Positions 25,976 to 39,900 of a DNA stretch of 64,000 nt are shown here, piece after piece (position 1 is the first letter of the stretch; each line of letters starts with the position of its first letter). Below the pieces are notes generated by a model that worked only from the letters and a program-made list of their open reading frames with translations, was not told where the DNA came from and did no database searches. A program made the translations under genes and the position numbers. Source of the stretch: Eledone cirrhosa (Eukaryota); contig OZ024752.1 of the NCBI GenBank assembly GCA_964016885.1, positions 44,268,001 through 44,332,000 of the forward strand, given 5' to 3'.

Positions 25976-28900
25976 GTAAGTAATTTTTTGTTCTTTTATG
26001 TAGAAGAAGAAAATCTAAATTGAACTAAAGATTATTGTTATGAAATAATACGTATTTCTGACATTCCTTCTCGTCACAGTAATACTATCGATCACTATCA
26101 ATGACTGTTACTGTGATAATTTTATTGATCATCTCTTGGAGATGCTTGCTTCTGACAGAGCCGCTGGAGGGAGTGTTTGAGGACTCTGTCCCCATAACCC
26201 TCTCACAGAGCAAAGAAGAAGAAGATCTCATGCATTCCTTCATTGTGACATTATTCCATCCATCTATGCAGGGGGGGGGGGGGGCATTGTTTTCACTATG
26301 AAGTAGAGAGTTGTCCTCACAAAGGTCAACAGATGTTTACCTGATGATACACTAAGGTACACAACAAGACACTGGTCAAGACACTGATCAACTTTACCTT
26401 TTATCTTGTTGAGGTTGATACAAAAGTACCAGTGCAGTACTGGGGTCGATTCTTTTTTCATTTTTCTTTCTCACTTTCTTACTCTCCCTCTAAGAAGAAT
26501 AAGAAATCAGTTGTGTTCAGATCTAGAGAGGTGATGGGTTCCACCAGGTATAAAAAGTATCAAAGACACACTGTATATCATTATGGTGCTCTCTCGATTC
26601 CACCAGAAGTTAGGGGTACATACAGACATTATTTCGGTATAGCTGAGCTGTAGAAACCTTTTTTTAAATGTTGTGTAAAGTATTAACAAGGGTATTGTTG
26701 AACTTACCAACTGAGGAACATATCTCTTTGTTTGTCAACAATTGAAAATGCCAACAGAGCAAGGATGGTGGGTTTACAGACTAAGTTATTTATTTTTCTA
26801 TAATATCCATTATATTTGTTACCTGAGAATCGATTACCTGCTTCAACATTTATATACTAAATAAATACACCTATGTCAATAGACTTATATGTGTTTATTA
26901 TATTATATAATTAATTACGTCCTTGCCATTCTGAGTTCAAATCCCGCCAAGGTTAACTTTGCCTTTCATCCTTACGGGGTCGATAAAATAAAGTACCAGT
27001 AATGCACTGGATAATTGCTGGCCTTGTGCCAAAAAGTAGAAACAATTATATAATGGGTTGTGAAGTTGTAGCTGACTTCTGGATATTGTTGGGAAGAATA
27101 GCAAGGAGTGGTTTCTTGTTGAGATATACTTGAAGTTTAAGAATGTTAAGAGGTGAACTGTGAAATAGTTAAATGAATTGGAGCATGTTGAGGTGAGTGT
27201 ACTACAGAAAATCACTTCAATATTTGAACAGTTTAACACCTGGCCATTTTGTATACAGCTATCTCTCTCTCAGTATATGTCTCTCTCTTTCCCACAGAGA
27301 GAGAGAAACATATATATATAAGTATGCTTGTATAAAGATATGTCAAAGTGTGTATAGTGTTGACAACTTTCTTTTTATACAGACATAAATCTCACCAGAT
27401 TTATCTCTATTTTTACTTTATTAAATCATTACAGGATGTTAAGAGTTAAATATTTGATTACTAATGACACAGCTTATCCCATTATCTTGGTATTTGGGGG
27501 AAAAACCCTGAATACCCCCGCGGAACTAAAAATGGACTAGGTGAAACTCTATAAATAAGAACTACAGGGAACAGTGTCTACAGAGTCTCGTTGTAGTCTC
27601 TCGTTGGTAGTTTGGAATTACACCAGGTGAATACCTTGGGTTTACCCTCGTTTCGTACATATGTACAAAACAGGTGTGTCACACCATTATAACAAGTGGA
27701 GGCACATGGCCTTGCAATCGAAAGGTTGTGAGTTCAATTCTCAGACCGGGTGATGTGTTGTTTCCTTGAGCAAGACACTTTATTTCACATTGCTCCAGTT
27801 TACTCAGCTGTAGAAATGAGATGATAGGGACTGAGGTCCCTATCATTCCACTGTAGAGTGGTCGTGGAGGTGCCACAGCAAAAAATCACCCAGCCCACAC
27901 TTTAAAGTGGACGTGTAGGCGCCACGGAAAAAAAGCACCCAGCACTCACTGTAAATGAGGTTGGTGTTAGGAAGGGCATCCAGCTGTAGAAATCAAACCA
28001 GAATCAGTTCCTGTCCCACCCTTGCAAGCAGGGAAAAGCGGACGTAAAATGAAACAAAATACCCCCCCCCCCCCCCCAAAAAAAAAAAAAAAAAAAAAAA
28101 AAAACACCAAAATGTTAAATGATTTATTACCTTTGGGGTAATTTCCCCATCCTAAAAATGAAACTCTTCCTAATTATACATGCCTACTTTATCACTAAAA
28201 TCTCTGTAGTTTATTGAAATTATTGCTACTAAGTAATCTTTTTAATTATCCTTTTGGTTTAATAATTAAGTAATTGTAGAATTATAACTATAGCTAAATT
28301 ATAATTGGAAATGATTTCAAATTTTGTAATATGATACCAGGAATAAGCTGGTTTCATTTCCAACAATTTGAGTTGATGTAAAATTTACCTGCTTCTAAAT
28401 TTTCAATATATTTTATTATATTCTAATTATAGATAAAAAAAAGTACCAGTCAAATACTGGTGGTTAATTCTTCCTCTATATCTCTTTCTCATTTCCTTTC
28501 TTTCACTTTCTAATCTTCTATGGAAGAAATCAGACCTTGAGAGGAGATGGGATTTGCCAGGTTTTAAAAATAAATACCCCAGAAATGCTGTATGTCCTTA
28601 TAGCGCCCCTATGACTTCCTTGGCAGTCACGGGTCCATACATATTTACTTTGAGATTCCATTTCTAACTCTCCAAGAACTTCTAGGTGTAAACTGTTCCA
28701 ACACTAACTCACCTTACAGTGTGTACAGAGTTATAAAACATTAGATGCAATATTATATGTGAAGCTCTGAAATAAAAGCTAGAACTATCGGATGCCATTG
28801 CAAATTCATTTGGGATTGGTAATAGAATTGGGAATGTTTTATCAGGAATTTGTAGGTGTGTGTGTGTGTGTGTGTGGGGGGGGGGGGGGTTATACTACTA

Positions 28901-31900
28901 AATCGAGTACACATACTCAGTTTAGTACTATAGTAAACATTTGATACCAACACTTATTTAAATGAAACTTGTTTGGCTGATATTTTAACTTTCTAATGAG
29001 AAAAAAATTAACTTCTCTACAAGTTAACTATTTGTTTCTTAATTTTTGTACTTTGTTATCATAAACCTGAAAGTCAATTTAGTGAAGACTAAAATCCTAG
29101 TAAGTAGGAAATATGACAGCCCTGAGGCCCTGATTCCATTACAGAAATGGCCATGCTTAATATGCAGAAAAAAGCGACTTCATTAGTAACATGATATATA
29201 AATATAATTTCTATAGTTAATATTTCATTTTGTATTTTCCAGATAATCATTTATTCTAAATATAATTTCTTGTTTAAATTATTATTATCAACTTGTAATC
29301 TATACTGTTATATTTTGAAAATATGCTTACAATTGTAGAATTGTTATTATTATTATTATTATTTTAAAAAGAAATATGGACTTCACTTGATTTTTGCTAA
29401 CATTTCTGTTACTGAAGTTGCCTTTAAACATTCTTTACATTCTTCCTATATCAGCTGAAGTAGTTACAGGGTAATTAGGTTTCAACTGGTTACAGTTTAG
29501 TTGACTAAATTTCTAACATAGTTTCCAATTCTGTATTTTTAAAAGGAAGAGAGGGGGAAATATAATTTCCACTCTTTAATAAGTCACCCGATATAGTATA
29601 TCATGAAAGAAATACTGAAAGCTGAAACAAAGTTTGAATTGTGACACAAAGTTTTTTGGGTTTTTATATATATATATATATATATCAGTAAACAAATCCG
29701 AGGCCATATTCATTTGGTTTAGGTTTATTTAAAATCTGTTACATATATTTCACTGAGGACTATTAGTTATTACAGCCTGAGCTCCTCAGACGTTAAAACC
29801 TAAAAAAACCTTTAAGTTTGGAAAAATCCAATAATTTCTTTGGCTTGCACCATTTATACAGGTCATTGAGTGCTTTCTTTTATCTACTTCACAACCAACA
29901 GACCATAATGTGGTTAACCCTTACCATATATATATATATATATATATATATTTATGTTTTACAATTCCTGCACTACAAATACTATATATCCACTAGTAAA
30001 GGAAATATAACTTTTTACATGAAAAACTACTTGTGATTACATTGCTAAAACTACTAGTTGTTGAATATAGATGATTTTATTTATTTTACATGAAAATAGT
30101 ATTTTTGATTGCATCACTAAAACCTCTCTTTGCTGGGATTTCAACAACTGTTTGTTTAGTCTAGTTGGAAGGAAAAAGGTTTCCTCAAATCAGAGATCTA
30201 GTCTGTTGTTAGCTGTCGGGACATTGCATCTTTCAAAACTTCCATGCTTCCTGAAATTCGCCAACACTACACCTGATATTCACCTTCCATACACACACAT
30301 GTATCTGTGTGTATATCATGACTCATACACTGTTCACTTTCCTGACATTTCTACATTATTCTATGTACTATACATGCACCTTTGATGAGTTGTAGTGCAC
30401 AATAATTTTCATTATTATTATTATATAATATGTCCCTTTACGATCTGAGTTCAAATCCTGCCGAGGTTGACTTTGCCTTTCATCCTTACGGGGTCGATAA
30501 AATAAAGTACCAGTAATGCACTGGGTAATTGCTGGCCTTGTGCCTAAAGTAGAAACAATTATTATTATTATATAACAGAATGGATTTTACTAAAGGTGTG
30601 CTGTTGTTAAACTGGGTTATGGATTAAGTCTAGTGGTTTTATAGTAATACTATCATAGTTAACCTGGATCAGAATTAATGTTAGTTATATTAAAGCAGAA
30701 GATATGAGTTGATTAATTCAAATGTTTATAGTGTCCTTAATAGTGGACAGATTGTTGTGAAACTATACAGTATTACAATAAAGACTCTAATGTGATGCAA
30801 CCATAGATTATTTGTACTTTGGGAGAATGTTATGTTAATGTGACTTCAAGTGGTACAGGACATTAGGAGTTAACTAATGATGAAAAGGGTGAATAATTCT
30901 GGAAATGAAGTGAGACAAAAAATAGAACTTTATGTTTAGATGTATTTTTGTAGAGGGTTAAATTGTGTTGTGTGCTTCTTGTTACTTGGGGTGGGGGAGA
31001 TAGCGTATCTTTATGGTTGGGTGGAAGGTGGGAATCTAGAAACATGAAAATATACAGATTAGTAGACAAAAATAATATAAAGATGCTTTGAAAAATATTT
31101 GACAGAAATGGCAGCCAAAATGTAAGAAAGACTACAAAAATACTTTTTGTGGGAAAGAAGGGAAATATGTTATTTTGTTGTGGAATAATAAATTATTTGA
31201 AAATCATAGGCAATGTCTTTCATAAGAAATATGGTAATAAAAAGGTTGATATCTATATACATGTATATATATTTATATAGATGTACTTTTAGTCTTGTTA
31301 TAATATATATGTATATATATACATATCTACAGATGTACATCTGGTCTTGTTTTAATATATACATAGATGTACTTTTAGTCTTGTTATAATATATACATAT
31401 ATATATATACATACACTTCTACACACCTTATAATATATACATATATATATATATATATATACATACATACACTTCTACACACCTTATAATATATACATAT
31501 ATATATACACTTCTACACACCTTATAATATATACATATATATATATATATACACTTCTACACACCTTATAATATATACATATATATATACACTTCTATAC
31601 ACCTTATAATATATACATATATATATACACTTCTATACACCTGCCAACGATACTCTTACTACCAATGTTATCAATCACAAATTTATTTTGTTCTATTTAT
31701 CAGAAAATGATAAAGAAATAGCCCCCCCCCCCTAATTATCTGTGTCCCTCATTCTCCTCTTCCTAATAATCTTAATTCTCTCCTTCCTCCATATATCAGT
31801 TGCTTTTATTAGTACAAGTCTTCAATTCAATAATGTGTGTGTGTGTGTATATATATATATATACACGACCGTGACTTCTGGCTTCACGCAGTAATACAGA

Positions 31901-34900
31901 GTACCCGACCTCCCATGGGTACAAGCTGAAGCATATAGACAATATGCCCCCACACCCCCCACCGCAAGGTGGTCGTGGAGGTGGGGGCAAAAAAGTACCC
32001 AGCCCACACTGTAAAGTGGACGTGTAGGCGCCACGAAAAAGCACCCAGCACTCACTGTAAATGAGGTTGGTGTTAGGAAGGGCATCCAGCTGTAGAAATC
32101 AAGCCAAATCAGTTCCTGTATGAGCAAGGCATGGTCAGCTGACCAAACACTGCCTACAACAGGACAACCCGTCTAACCCATGCTAGCGTGGAAGAACGGA
32201 CGTAAAACGGTGATGATGATGATATATATATATATCTCCCCAATACCTTTATTCAGCATGCCTATAAGCAGAATATTCTTCTCTGATATTCTATGAATTA
32301 ACCCAATCAACTCACTTGATAAACCAACCTATTAACAGAGAAAATGTACTTTTTATATTAGAGTTCTGCTATTTCTTCCGGTGATAGAGGAAGGTGTACT
32401 GAAATATAGTTATTTCAAATATTTGTCTTTAAACATTTTTTTAACCCTTTAGCATTAAACCAGGCATATCCGGCCAGAATTTTCTCACCTCTTTCTGTTC
32501 AAACCAGCTGTAACTGGCTGCTCATACTTATGTTATGGTATTGTTCTCAACATAAATAATATCAAGATCTTGTAGATTCGATATTATGTGAGATAATTAT
32601 GTGAGGTAAAGTCTTTACCATGAAAATACAATAGTAAATATAGAGTAATGTAAATGTTAAAGGGTTAAATTGTAGAGAAATATTTCGCCCAACTTGAGTC
32701 ACATTCAGGAAACCATTTGGTAAAACACATAAAATACTTTTATATTCTCTCTCCATTTATTTCATGGTCTCAACATTTTAATCCCAACTCAGTAAATATT
32801 TCACTGATTCTGATTATATTGGAAATTAAATCTCATTTGGTCATTCCATGAGAGTATCTTGGTCAACATATGAACTTTCCAGCCGGCTCTCATTTGTTGA
32901 TAGAGTTCTTATATTATCATTTACCATTGTTAGCTAGTTCTATTTTAATAGATAATCATATTGTTGTTATTTTTTATATTGTTATTTCAGAAAGAACAAC
33001 TTCTTTTCCAATATGACCCTGCAGATGTGCCTTCTGAAATGGCAGGTGTCATGTCAGCCATCAAGCATGTATGTAAAATAACCTTTAGCTTTCATTGAGA
33101 AAGTTTTCTTTTGTTGTTTTTTATTTTAATTTTTGGTTTATTCACTTGGATACAGTGTGGCCAAATCATTAAGATAGTTGCTTCACAATCATTAGACCCC
33201 AGGTTCGAACTCAAAGAAACCTGCACAGTGCACTCAACATGTGAGTGGAGTTTCACTGAAGCAGGCGGAGAGGTTCGAGTATCTTGGGGCCATTTTTATG
33301 GGTAATGGAAGGCAGGAGGGTGAATTAAGTGCAAGAATTACAGGAAGTGCTGCAGTAATGTGCCAGCTTCAGTAATCAGAAGAAAGGAGGTAGGTGTAAA
33401 TGCTAAACTGTGTACATGTCAACCATTACCTATGGTCATGAATCTTGGTTAATGACCAAAAGAATACGATCCCGAATACAATGGCATTTCTCCAGAGGGT
33501 CCTTGGAGTAACTTTACTCAATAGAGTGCATAGCTTGGAGATGAGAGAGTCACTCCAAGTAGAGCTGCTACTTCTCCGAATTAAGAGCTATAAGTATAGA
33601 TATTTGAGAAAATATTTATTTATTTTCACTTGCTACAAAGTTTAACAATCTCCATTATCTTCTCTTTTGTTGTTTGTCTTTTAACAATTTAGCTTGCAGA
33701 GAAGATGTTGTTTCATTGGCGAGAATTCCCAATTGTTCTTCCTGCCTCAATCACAGACAATGATAGAGAACAAACTAATGCTGCCAATGGAGATGTTATT
33801 AACAAAGAACAGCCTGTAAGATTCAGCTTTTATTATTTTACATAAAACTCACAAGAATTTCTTTTGTTTTTTATAATTTGTATAATCATTATGCCTGTTC
33901 AAGTATGGTATAGCACATTTGTACATTATTCTATGTACCATACATGAACATTTGATGAGTTGTAGTGCATCTGAGCACTGTACAAAATAATTTTTGTAGT
34001 GACTCCTTCACGACCACTTAACTGTGGGATGGGAACTAGGGAGGGTGGGGGAAGAAGCTTGGGGAAATAGAGGACGTAGGTAATTGGAGAGGGAGGGATG
34101 GTTACAACAAAGGAAGGTGTATGGGAGGGGAGATAGTAGAGGAAGGTGTTGCCTGTATTATTAATAAATGATTTTAAAATAATCTTATTGTATCTGTTAC
34201 ATTAGCTTTCATAATTGCTTTAAGACTGTGTTCAGTCTGCCAAAGAACATCTTTGTAAATTTACTCCTATCTCTAGAACAGGTCATCAAGTTATGTCATT
34301 AAATGTCATTTCATAAAGCAAAGCTTATAATCTTAGATATTTCTATACTGAGAAGGGTTATAGGGTGACTTGAGTGGCTACTGAACAGCCAAGCTATGAT
34401 AGCCTTAGACAATGTATTGTTGATATAATTATAAATTAGGCTAACATACAGAAAAAGAAAAGCAGTATTAGAAAGTACTATAAATGCCATAAATGAGAGG
34501 AAGAGGAAAGTCTACAAGACAAAGGAAGGGGATAGGGTGACAGACTCTACACCTAGGTCAGAGCAGTGTTTCTTCTGTTACCCATGGACAAAATAACAGG
34601 TATTTCTGCAGATAATGGCCAGCTACACCCGCTGCAACAGCCACCCCCACCTTGCAGGGCTCTTTCCTCAGACAGGCTGCTGTTGATCCAATTTTATGGA
34701 GGTCAATTGTTGAGGGTCCAAGGATGTCTGAGGTCTCTGTGGCAACCGGTGCAAAGATGTAAAGGTCCAATCTTTCTACTACTTTGATTACAGGTAATAT
34801 TGAGGTAGAGGTCAAGTCTATACAGGTAATATTGAGGTAGAGCTCCAGTCTTTCTAGTTTGATATGAAATTACAGTATTGGAATTAATAGAAATCTAGGG

Positions 34901-36465
34901 AAGTGTTTAAATGTTAAACTAGCTCCCAACGTTCTGTACCACACGAAGCCACATATCTTTCTTCTTCTCTATGAATGTCATTAGAGTTTTCTTTGTTTTA
35001 AGGACAAAGTTACATTTCGGGATGTTTTCATTGCACCTACCTTTGATGAGTTGGAAGAGGTAGCACGACTTCCTAATGGAGGGCAGAAAAAACTAAATGA
35101 AAAACAGCTTTACTGTATTTGGGACAATGGGTAAGTATAACAGGCTATTTACTGATCTGTACTATGTACTCTGTACTGTGTACTATGTACTGTGTACTAT
35201 GTAATCTGTTATCTGTACTCTTTACAATGTACTCTGTACTCTGTACTCTGTACTCTATACTATGTACTCTGTACTCTCTACTATGTACTCTGTGTCTTCA
35301 ACATTCATTGCTTGGTCCAATTATTATTGGATCGTCAAGTATGAAATTTTTAGAAATTTGATGAAAAAAAACCCACAAATCTCTACAAATTTCATACTTG
35401 ACGACCCAATATTTTAAAAATATATTGCAATGAAGTTGTTCCAGTTGTTTGATCAACTGTTTGTGAAATTAATTTGAAAATGGCTGAGTATTCCACAAAC
35501 ATACATGTCCCTTAACGTAATTCTCAGGGAGATTCAGCACGACTAAATATGTAACATGGCTAGCCCTTTACAGCTACAGTCCTTGAAATAGTCTCTATAC
35601 ATATACTATACACTCTCTATGAATTTAATTATTCTGTAAGATTGTACAACAATCCCTAATATATAATTAATTACTCTAAACTACTGAAATATCTAATAAA
35701 TAGATATCTTTTGAGAAAGAGTGGAAGATTTAACAAAAGCTGTATAAAGGTGTCTCTACTATAAGAGACATGTAAACATATGTTGTATTTTCAGTAGACA
35801 GAGAAATAAACAACACATGTTTACATATGTCAGTCTACACATTTTAGGCAGCTTAGGTTAAATACTGTGTTTCTACAGATAACTATTTCTCCTCCAAAAT
35901 TATTACAAGGGAACAATATTGTGGCCAAACATATTTCTGATCCATAAATATCTACCAACAATGAAGTAAACTATTATTATTGAAGTTTATTTTAAATATT
36001 GAATAAATAAATACAGTGAAATTAGCAGCATTCATAACATTCTATTGCCTGCTTCTTGAACAGCTGTCATAAGAACTCTGAAAATAATGAACCAATGCTT
36101 TTCTTACTATACAAACCCTATAAAACAGTTTTTTTCTTCTCGTTCCATCCAGTTCTTCTTTCTGTACCTCTTTATAAATGAAAGAAACTTCTGTTAAAAT
36201 AATAAAGGATAAGTCAGTACTATATATATTTTTAGGTTGATGTAACATCTGTTGTTAGAAGAATATTCCTCCTGTGATGTTATATATACTTTATTATACA
36301 GTTTAGGGAGTTTGTTTTGTTGTTTTATGTTTTTGTTTATTTGACATATAGTTTGAAATATTATATATATACACTCTGTCTAGCTCTACACCTCGACACT
36401 GAAGTGAACCTAAACATCGAGTGTTCACCCGGGTGAACCTACAGTAACTCCAAGTTACACTCCCT

Positions 36466-36499
<34 letters not shown>

Positions 36500-36880
36500 T
36501 GAAATTCCGTTATAACAAAATTCATGGGGGTATACAAAAAATTCTTTATAATGAGATCGACTGAAACAAATCAAGCATTTGTTTGTTATTACCTCGTATT
36601 TAAAAATTAAACAACAAATGAATGAAAACATACCTGCAATATGACTGTATCATGTAATAAAATATATAAATATATATTTCAAATATGTTAAAATATCTTT
36701 CATTCGTTTGTTTTCTGTCATATCGTAAACTTGCGTAAAAAAGCCCCAAAAACTTAAAATTATTTTTTAGTTATGTATTTTATGTTATAATAATTATATA
36801 TATATGTATATATAATAAGACCCGTCCCACCCTTGTAAGCAGGGAAAAGCGGACGTAAAATGATGATGATGATATATATG

Positions 36881-36923
<43 letters not shown>

Positions 36924-39900
36924 CAATGTGTGTGTGTGTTTCAAATATGTTCGTATGAATAATTTTCTTTCATTTGAAATTTGGAATATTAACGGTGAGA
37001 AATAACAAAGAGCCACAAACGATAAAGATACTTTTATTCCTGCATAGGTATAACCCATGCTAACATGGAAGATGGACGTTAAACGATGATGATGATGGTA
37101 TGTAAGATTATTCAGTTGAAGAATCATACGAACAGTTCGGTTTTGAAAAAAAAATCAGTAATTTTGGATTGAGCTGAAAAAATAGCACGTGGGGAATTTG
37201 AAGCAGCATTTTTGGGTTCAAGTATTTTGGTTGGCTGACAATTCTGTTGTAGTGAGGAATTTTGGCTGCTTGGGGTTCAATTTTCGTTCATTGTACTGAA
37301 ATGTTTGTAAAGAATTTCGTTATGAGATTCTTTTATCGTTGTGGACAGGGATTGAAAAATAAAATTTTATTATACTGAAAAATTTGTTATAACGGAATTT
37401 TACCTGTAGTTTCTGGTTAGGATTGTTGTGGGATCATTGTAGGACCAAGTTAGAAATAAAGGGATGAAAACTAATAATATGTTTGTAATCTATTAATTTG
37501 TGATCTATTAATTTGTGATCTATTGATTTGTGATCTATTGATTTGTGATTTATTGATTTGTGATTTATTGATTTGTGATTTATTGATTTGTGATTTATTG
37601 ATTTGTGATTTATTGATTTGTGATTTATTGATTTATGATTTATTGATTTGTGATCTATTGATTTGTAATCTATTGATTTTAGGGAATTTGAAGTTGATAG
37701 TATTCACTTTCCTGGCCAAACACATAAATGGCATCTTAGTCAACTGCTGCAAAAAGGTTCAAAACGATCCCATGAAACATTACTTGATGTAAGTATTGCT
37801 AGTTATTATTGCCCCCCCCCCCCCCCCCCCGCCACTAATGCCCCACTGGTAAAAATAAATAACGAACCCTCCAGGTAATATTATTAATTGTTTGATATAT
37901 TTAATAAAATATTTTTAAAGCTTTAAGCTTTTGTATATGGAAAGAACTTTACCACAGCCCAAACACTTGCCCCCATGACTGCCAGAGATGGAGGCAGTTG
38001 GTGCACCATTCAACACTTCAGTGCCCTAACAACCCTGAAACAGGGTTAAGGGACCATGATGATGATATGTTAAAAAAAAGCAACCCAAAAGTTGAAGTCT
38101 CTCTCATGCTTAAAATTTCATCAAGTCCATGTGATGTTAAATAAGTGAGGGGATATTTATTACAAGATCAACTACCACGACCCTCCAGGTAGTATGAAGA
38201 TATATTGATACATAAAGATGTTTGTTCTAAGCAATAATTTTATAAATCATCTTTATTTATTGTAGGACACAGCATTAGCATTAAGAATTCTGCTGATTAC
38301 AGCTCGAAACCGATTCCATTCACATTTCTTCAGTTTATCAGAAGGGATAAAAAGTTGGGTTCGAGGATTATGGAAAATATTTGGTAAGATATAACTTTTA
38401 CACCAGCAGATATTGAAACTGGCAGCTTCAATTTTAATTTAAAATATTTTAAACCCCTTCATTGCCATATTTCTAAGGGTTAGTTTTATACCATAAAACC
38501 TTGGTTAGTTTCATACCATAAAACCTGGCTCAGTTTTATACCATAAAACCTGGGCCAGTTTTATACCATAAAATGAGGGCCAGTTTCAAGCGGGTTGATA
38601 TCAAAAGGTTAAAAACTTCTATTTTAAAATACAACTTATCATATTTTACACATTATAAGATGTCATACTAAATATTTCAGATATCATTATTGGCATGCCT
38701 TCAACGACCCCTGGCGATTTGTGTGGAAAACTTAAGGAAGAGCATATGCGGTATTTAGTTGCTGAACTTGATATTAGGGTTTGTAGTTTTCTATTTTTGT
38801 CTTAAATTTTACAATACTTTAGCCAGGTACAACATTGTAATACAACGAGACTATTGTTACACTGTGTGTGTGTGTGTGTGTGCGCATCTGTCTGTCTATG
38901 TGTGTATGTGTGTCTGTTTGTATCGTTGTGCATCACTGCCTGTGTGTAGTTAGATGTAAAACAGTTTACGTACTTAGTCTTTTATTTATCCACATATCAT
39001 TTAATAAAATATTTTCCTTTACCTTTCATTGACAGCAACACAGCCGCAAAGAATTTAATCGTTTTTGTGAATATGTCAAAGAAAAATGCAAGATGTTAAG
39101 AATAGAGAAGCACAAGGTAGATTTAACACTTTCATGGGCACATTTCTAATGAAATACACTCTGTTCCAGTTAATACACCCAGTACACTCTGTAAAGTGGT
39201 TGACGTAGTAGTATACTTAACCCTTTAGCAATTAAACCGGCCATATCCGATCAGAATTCTCTCACCTCTTTTTGTTTAAACTGGCTGTAACTGGCCACTT
39301 ATACTGATGTTAAGGTATTGTTCTCAAAATAAATAATATCAAAATCTTATAGATTATAGGTAAAGTCTTTACCATGAAAATATGATAATAGATATAGAGT
39401 AATGTAAATGTTAAAGGTTTAAGCTTTTTGATACCAAACAACCTGAAGCTATCCCTTGCTTCTATGATACAAACCTGTTTATTTTAAACCTTCCATTATA
39501 ATTTTATATTAAACCTTTTGTTTAGTTATGTTCCAAACAGCAGATTAATAACGAGAAAGTTAGTTGTTACTAAATTCATCCAAATATTGATTATTTTCAA
39601 AATTAATTGAAAAATCGTAGGCAGTTTCTTTTAATATGGTAACGAAAGAGTTTATTGATTTTATTAAAAATTTAAGAATTAAGATATTGATGTTATTAAT
39701 TAAATATAAATAGAATTTCTTAATTAGTTCTTCGTAAACAATAATATTTATCCTTAAAAAGAACTTTTTGAAAATAACATTCGAATTTACATGTAAAAGT
39801 TTGTGTTGAAACAATTGAGGAGTTACCTCCCATGGAACGTTTCTATAAGTTGTTAGTAAGATTTCGTTCTGTCAACAAAATATATTATTACAATATATAT

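Noticed and set aside
27490-27680. Cluster of short palindromes (similar style at 36386-36468)
   Set aside because: Could not define TIRs, a TSD or a consistent fold; probably decayed transposon pieces.
38750-38751. Earlier donor for exon 7 (CG|GTATTT)
   Set aside because: Joining it to exon 8 shifts the frame and hits a stop; the 38778 donor keeps the frame.
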